Part shown: positions 61,633 through 64,000 of the stretch, one piece after another
How the letters are laid out: every line of letters begins with the position of its first letter
How positions within the stretch are numbered: position 1 is the stretch's first letter
NCBI GenBank assembly: GCA_037441125.1
Contig: JBBIST010000006.1
Location: forward strand, 692 to 64,691
Length of the DNA stretch: 64,000 bases
Origin: Burkholderiales bacterium
Lineage (GTDB): Bacteria; Pseudomonadota; Gammaproteobacteria; Burkholderiales; Burkholderiaceae_F
Reading direction: 5' to 3'
The notes under the pieces: model-generated
Told to the model about the DNA's origin: nothing
The model's input: the letters and a program-made list of their open reading frames with translations, nothing else
Databases searched by the model: none
Translations under genes and position numbers: made by a program

Positions 61633-62184
61633 GTGGAAGCGCTCTTGCTGAGCACCGGCGTGGTCGCGCTGGCGGAAATGGGCGACAAGACCCAACTTCT
61701 GGCGCTCCTGCTCGCCGCTAGGCTGAAGAAGCCGGCGCCGATCGTTTCCGGCATCGCCGTTGCCACCCTGGTCAACCACGCGCTGGCGGCGGCGCTCGGC
61801 GCCTGGCTGGCGACACTGGCTGCGCCGCAGACCCTGCAATGGATCGTTGCCGCTGCGTTCTTCGCGTTCGCCGTGTGGGCGCTCGTTCCCGACCGCCTGC
61901 ACGCTGCGCAGCCATTGCGCGGCGGCAGCGTGTTCCTGGTGGCGCTGGTCGCCTTCTTCCTGGTCGAGATGGGCGACAAGACGCAGTTGGCGACGGTGGC
62001 GCTGGCGGTGCGCTACGAGGCGCTGGTTGCGGTCGTGGCCGGCAGCACGCTCGGCATGCTGGTCGCCAACGCGCCGGTGGTCTGGTTCGGCGAACGGCTG
62101 GCGCGGCGCCTGCCGATGCGCGCCCTGCGCTGGGCGGCGGCGGCGCTGTTCGTCGCACTCGGCGTTCTGACTCTTCTTGCCTGA
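61633..62184 (+). CDS. UPF0016/GDT1 (TMEM165)-family cation transporter
   Basis: Two copies of the E-x-G-D-K-T signature (LAEMGDKTQLLA; LVEMGDKTQLAT) in a six-TM protein. GTG start. Confidence 0.85.
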   Translation: MEALLLSTGVVALAEMGDKTQLLALLLAARLKKPAPIVSGIAVATLVNHALAAALGAWLATLAAPQTLQWIVAAAFFAFAVWALVPDRLHAAQPLRGGSVFLVALVAFFLVEMGDKTQLATVALAVRYEALVAVVAGSTLGMLVANAPVVWFGERLARRLPMRALRWAAAALFVALGVLTLLA

Positions 62185-63043
62185 GCGCGACGTGCCGTCA
62201 GCCACCGTTTCGCTGCTTGGCGCGGTCACGGGTGCGCCGCTGGTGCTCGACTCGCCGCACTCGGGCCGCGAACTGCCGGCCGACTTCGAGCCGATCGTCG
62301 GCGAAGGCGACCTGCGCCAGGGCGAGGACAGCTTCGTCGACGAGCTGTACGCACCGGCGGCCGAACTGCTCGGCGTGCCGTTGCTGGCGGCGCGCGTGGC
62401 GCGTACCTATCTGGACGCCAACCGGCACCGGGCCGACATTGATCTCGATCTGATCGAAGGCGGCCGCTGGCCGGGCGAGCACGTGCCCAGCGGCAAGGCG
62501 CGCATCGGCAAGGCGCTCGTCTGGCGCACGCTCGACGACGGCCGCGCGATCTATGGCCGCAAGCTCTCAGTGGCCGAGGTGCGGACGCGCATCGAGCGCT
62601 GCCACGCGCCCTACCACCGGGCGCTGGCGCAACTGCTCGGCGAGGCGCACGCGCGCCGCGGCTGCGTCTATCACCTCAACTGCCACTCGATGCCGGCCGC
62701 GGCCGCAGGCGCGAGCCACGGTGCCGCGGGCGGCGCGCGCGCCGACTTCGTGCTCGGCGACCGCGCCGGCACGACCTGCGACCCGGCCTTCACGCGCTTC
62801 GTCGCCGGGCGGCTGCGATCGCTCGGCTACCGGGTCGCGGTCAACGATCCCTATCCGGGGGCGGAACTGGTGCGCGCCTACTCGGACCCGGCGCGCGGCC
62901 GTCACAGCCTGCAGGTGGAGATCGACCGGCGCCTGTACATGGACGAGGCCACGCGCACGCGGCACGCCGGGTTTGCCGCCCTGCAGTCCGATCTGGTCGA
63001 GCTGGCGCGCGCGGTGCTCGACTACGCGTCGGCGCGGCGTTGA
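62177..63043 (+). CDS. N-formylglutamate amidohydrolase-family protein (hutG paralogue)
   Basis: LVLDSPHSGRELPADFE, DSFVDELY, and YLDANRHRADID are FGase-family motifs. The start is uncertain: TTG 62177 overlaps the upstream gene, and an alternative GTG lies at 62192. Confidence 0.8.
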   Translation: MPERDVPSATVSLLGAVTGAPLVLDSPHSGRELPADFEPIVGEGDLRQGEDSFVDELYAPAAELLGVPLLAARVARTYLDANRHRADIDLDLIEGGRWPGEHVPSGKARIGKALVWRTLDDGRAIYGRKLSVAEVRTRIERCHAPYHRALAQLLGEAHARRGCVYHLNCHSMPAAAAGASHGAAGGARADFVLGDRAGTTCDPAFTRFVAGRLRSLGYRVAVNDPYPGAELVRAYSDPARGRHSLQVEIDRRLYMDEATRTRHAGFAALQSDLVELARAVLDYASARR

Positions 63044-63186
63044 GCCTGCGGCGGCGCGCCCGATCCGAGCGCCGCGCCGACTCCCTTGGAAGCGGCCGGC
63101 GGTTGCGCCGCCGGCCCGGAATGTAACTACATCCGTTACGAACCGGTGCCGACTCTGTGCGTTCGGTCGCTTCCGGTGACTGCCGG

Positions 63187-63200
63187 TTGACGCCCATCAA
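63187..63200. promoter_or_regulatory. FNR/CRP-family box upstream of the hydrogenase operon
   Basis: TTGACgcccATCAA matches TTGAT-N4-ATCAA at 9/10 positions. It is embedded in an 8-bp inverted repeat, ccggttga/tcaaccgg (63183-63204), about 108 nt upstream of the ATG. Confidence 0.5.
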
Positions 63201-63301
63201 CCGGCGCCGGGCGACAGCGGTTCAGGATCACGCCAGTTCGCTGCGCTGACAAGACAACGGCCCTGGCGCGGCACTCCGACCCAACTCCGGGGAGCACAGG
63301 T

Positions 63302-64000
63302 ATGAACGAAACCTTTTATGACGTAGTGCGCCGGCAGGGCATCTCGCGTCGCAACTTCGTCAAGTTCTGCAGCCTGACCGCGGCCTCGCTCGGCTTCGGG
63401 CCGGCCTACGCGCAGAAGATGGCGGCAGCGCTGGAAACCAAGCCGCGGCTGCCGGTGATCTGGCTCGAAGGGCTCGAGTGCACCTGCTGCACCGAGTCGT
63501 TCATCCGCAGCGCCCATCCGCTCGCCAGCGACGTCGTGCTGTCGACGGTCTCGCTCGACTACCACATGACGCTGTCGGCGGCCGCCGGCGAACAGTTGCG
63601 CGCCGCCGCCAAGGACACGATCGAGAAGTTTAAGGGCCAGTACATCCTTGCCGTCGAAGGCAACCCGCCGCTCGGCGAGGACGGCATGTACTGCATCTAC
63701 TACGGCCGGCCGTTCGTCGAGACGCTCAAGGAGTACGCCAAGCACGCCAAGGCGGTGATCGCCTGGGGTTCGTGTGCGTCGTGGGGTTGCGTGCAGGCGG
63801 CCAAGCCGAACCCGACGCGCGCCACCCCGATCGACAAGGTGATCCTCGACAAGCCGATCATCAAGATCCCGGGCTGCCCGCCGATCGCCGAAGTGATGAC
63901 CGGGGTGGTGACCTTCGTCACCGCCTTCGACCGCCTGCCCGAGCTCGACCGCCAGGGCCGGCCAAAGATGTTCTACAGCCAGCGCGTGCACGACAAGTGC
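63302..64000 (+). CDS. [NiFe]-hydrogenase small subunit (uptake type, Tat-exported), 5' part
   Basis: Own translation: [31 protein letters not shown] (twin-arginine motif), then [17 protein letters not shown] and [17 protein letters not shown]...PGCPP. The ORF runs off the window, so it is absent from the track. Confidence 0.9.
   Translation, partial: MNETFYDVVRRQGISRRNFVKFCSLTAASLGFGPAYAQKMAAALETKPRLPVIWLEGLECTCCTESFIRSAHPLASDVVLSTVSLDYHMTLSAAAGEQLRAAAKDTIEKFKGQYILAVEGNPPLGEDGMYCIYYGRPFVETLKEYAKHAKAVIAWGSCASWGCVQAAKPNPTRATPIDKVILDKPIIKIPGCPPIAEVMTGVVTFVTAFDRLPELDRQGRPKMFYSQRVHDKC

Noticed and set aside
63255-63285. Possible sigma54 (-24/-12) promoter, ctGGcgcggcacTCc, upstream of the hydrogenase gene.
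   Set aside because: The -12 element lacks the conserved TTGC/GC at the correct spacing, so the match is too weak to report.

Overview
High-GC (about 70% by eye) proteobacterial chromosome segment spanning the replication-origin neighbourhood; gene content and order look betaproteobacterial. The core block mnmE-yidC-yidD-rnpA-rpmH | dnaA-dnaN-gyrB sits at 27.5-38.2 kb, with DnaA-box clusters on both sides of dnaA. Left of it, mostly on the minus strand: an XRE regulator fragment, a DMT permease, a MenA-like prenyltransferase, a PlsC-type acyltransferase, a three-gene HgdC/BcrA-type 'activase' cluster with two Cys-rich dehydratase-like partners, a MacB-type ABC exporter (adaptor, ATPase, two FtsX permeases) and a 3-hydroxybutyrate-oligomer hydrolase. 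A ~12 kb accessory island lies at 15.6-27.5 kb with all genes on the plus strand. It carries two tandem AAA+/PD-(D/E)xK (DUF4143-type) ATPases and a type I R-M locus arranged hsdM-hsdS-[276 aa unknown]-[186 aa GIY-YIG-like]-[Fic]-hsdR. The two unknown genes chained to hsdMS are my best candidate for an undescribed defence module. Right of the origin: a secreted beta-barrel protein, a ferritin-like protein, an MBL hydrolase, a complete five-step histidine utilisation regulon (hutF-G-I-C / hutU-H with palindromic operators), NnrU, earP-efp (Arg32 EF-P), MaoC-Pta plus AckA, envelope proteins, arginase, a GDT1-family protein, a second formylglutamate amidohydrolase, and the start of a [NiFe]-hydrogenase operon. 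No rRNA, tRNA, CRISPR array, IS element or integrase was seen. Many long ORFs in the six-frame track are antisense or out-of-frame shadows typical of high-GC DNA and were discarded. All domain calls come from reading motifs by eye, not from database searches.
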